Below the pieces are notes generated by a model. That model made no database searches and was not told the DNA's origin. It saw only the letters and a program-made list of their open reading frames with translations. Positions 63,020-64,000 of a stretch of 64,000 nucleotides of DNA are shown piece by piece (the first letter of the stretch is position 1; each line of letters opens with the position of its first letter). This DNA is from the human T2T-CHM13v2.0 reference genome, Homo sapiens: NCBI RefSeq assembly GCF_009914755.1, contig NC_060943.1; one strand, 5' to 3'. Position numbers and translations under genes: made by a program.

Positions 63020-64000
63020 GAGGCCAGCGCACTGTCCATTGGATCCATAGTTCTCAGACTTTGTACTGGATGCTTGAGAATTGCTGGGATCCCCTGGGAA
63101 GCTGAGAGAATCCCACCATAAGGCTCCTCAACTTACTTACACTCTGACCTCATCTGCAAAATTCCTTCTGAAGCCTGTTCTTTTACCTTGAACCTTGGAA
63201 TTGTTCCATAATTTTCACCCTCTGTATTTCCCCCAAATGCATTCAGAGGCTTCTCCTCACACAAGTGTCTGCCATTTATTGGCGGAGCATTTGCTGTGCT
63301 CTAACAGGGACTTAAGATAGGAATAATAATGAAAGTATAGGACCAGAGCCTGCTGCGTTGTGCAGAGCCATTCAATGCCAGCCTGCCGCAGAGAGGCATC
63401 ATTGTGTCTGATTGGGGGAAATGATTATTTTTTGCCTTGTCTTCCACTATCACCTATGAAAGCCTCCTAGAGTGTCTTTGTCTTCCCCACACACATACCT
63501 CACACATCTGACTCACTGCTCTTACTATGTTTCGGGCTTTGGGAACTCAGTCCATTCAAATTCCATATAAACACTGATGAACCAGGGCCCAAGTGAGGGT
63601 GGACTGTGAGTGAGAAGCCTCTGATCCGGGCCTCTGGCTCTACAGGAGCTCATGGAGCTGAAGTGGCAATGCCTCCAGCTCTGCTGCTGGACAGACCTGA
63701 ATGCAAATCTGAACCCTCTGCCACCCTGTTTGCTCATTTACAGAATGGTGTGGTATCACCCATCTCTTTGGCTGCTTGTGAGAATTAAGAGAAATGAGGC
63801 GTGTAAAGTCCCTGGAGCATGGGAAGTCCTCCCAAGAAAGCATTTCTTGAGCTGCTGGAAAAACATCTCCTAAGTCTGAAAGAACTTCGAGCAGTCAGGT
63901 GGTAAATTTTGTCAGTAAATTATTACAGAATAAAAGCATATGCGTGTACATTGCTATAAAGCATATCAGAGATTTCAATTATTAAAGCTTTTAAACTTCT

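Overview
This is primate (probably human) intergenic DNA, dominated by L1, Alu, MaLR/ERV LTR and DNA-transposon remnants. I found no intact host protein-coding gene and no RNA gene. The main feature is a processed (intronless, disabled) copy of the Golgi alpha-1,2-mannosidase gene MAN1A2 on the minus strand (ATG 12847, stop 10656). It appears to be a ~9 kb insertion (5133-14090) that split an old L1M 3' UTR, with an 8-bp duplication TCCACAGT at both junctions. An AluJ-like element sits inside its coding region, so the copy is old, yet its 5' end is still a dense CpG island (~13300-14090). A frameshift has also joined an upstream ATG to the MAN1A2 cytoplasmic tail and transmembrane segment (141-aa ORF). 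Positions 14-29.5 kb form an L1 cluster. It holds a near full-length old L1, a young and probably chimeric L1PA with an open ORF2 remnant, a 34-bp VNTR, two inverted locally templated L1 copies and an AT-rich palindrome. The right half is ordinary repeat-rich DNA with a full-length MaLR, small tandem duplications and one enhancer-like motif cluster (~58.0-58.5 kb). Repeat subfamily names come from remembered consensus sequences and boundaries are approximate.
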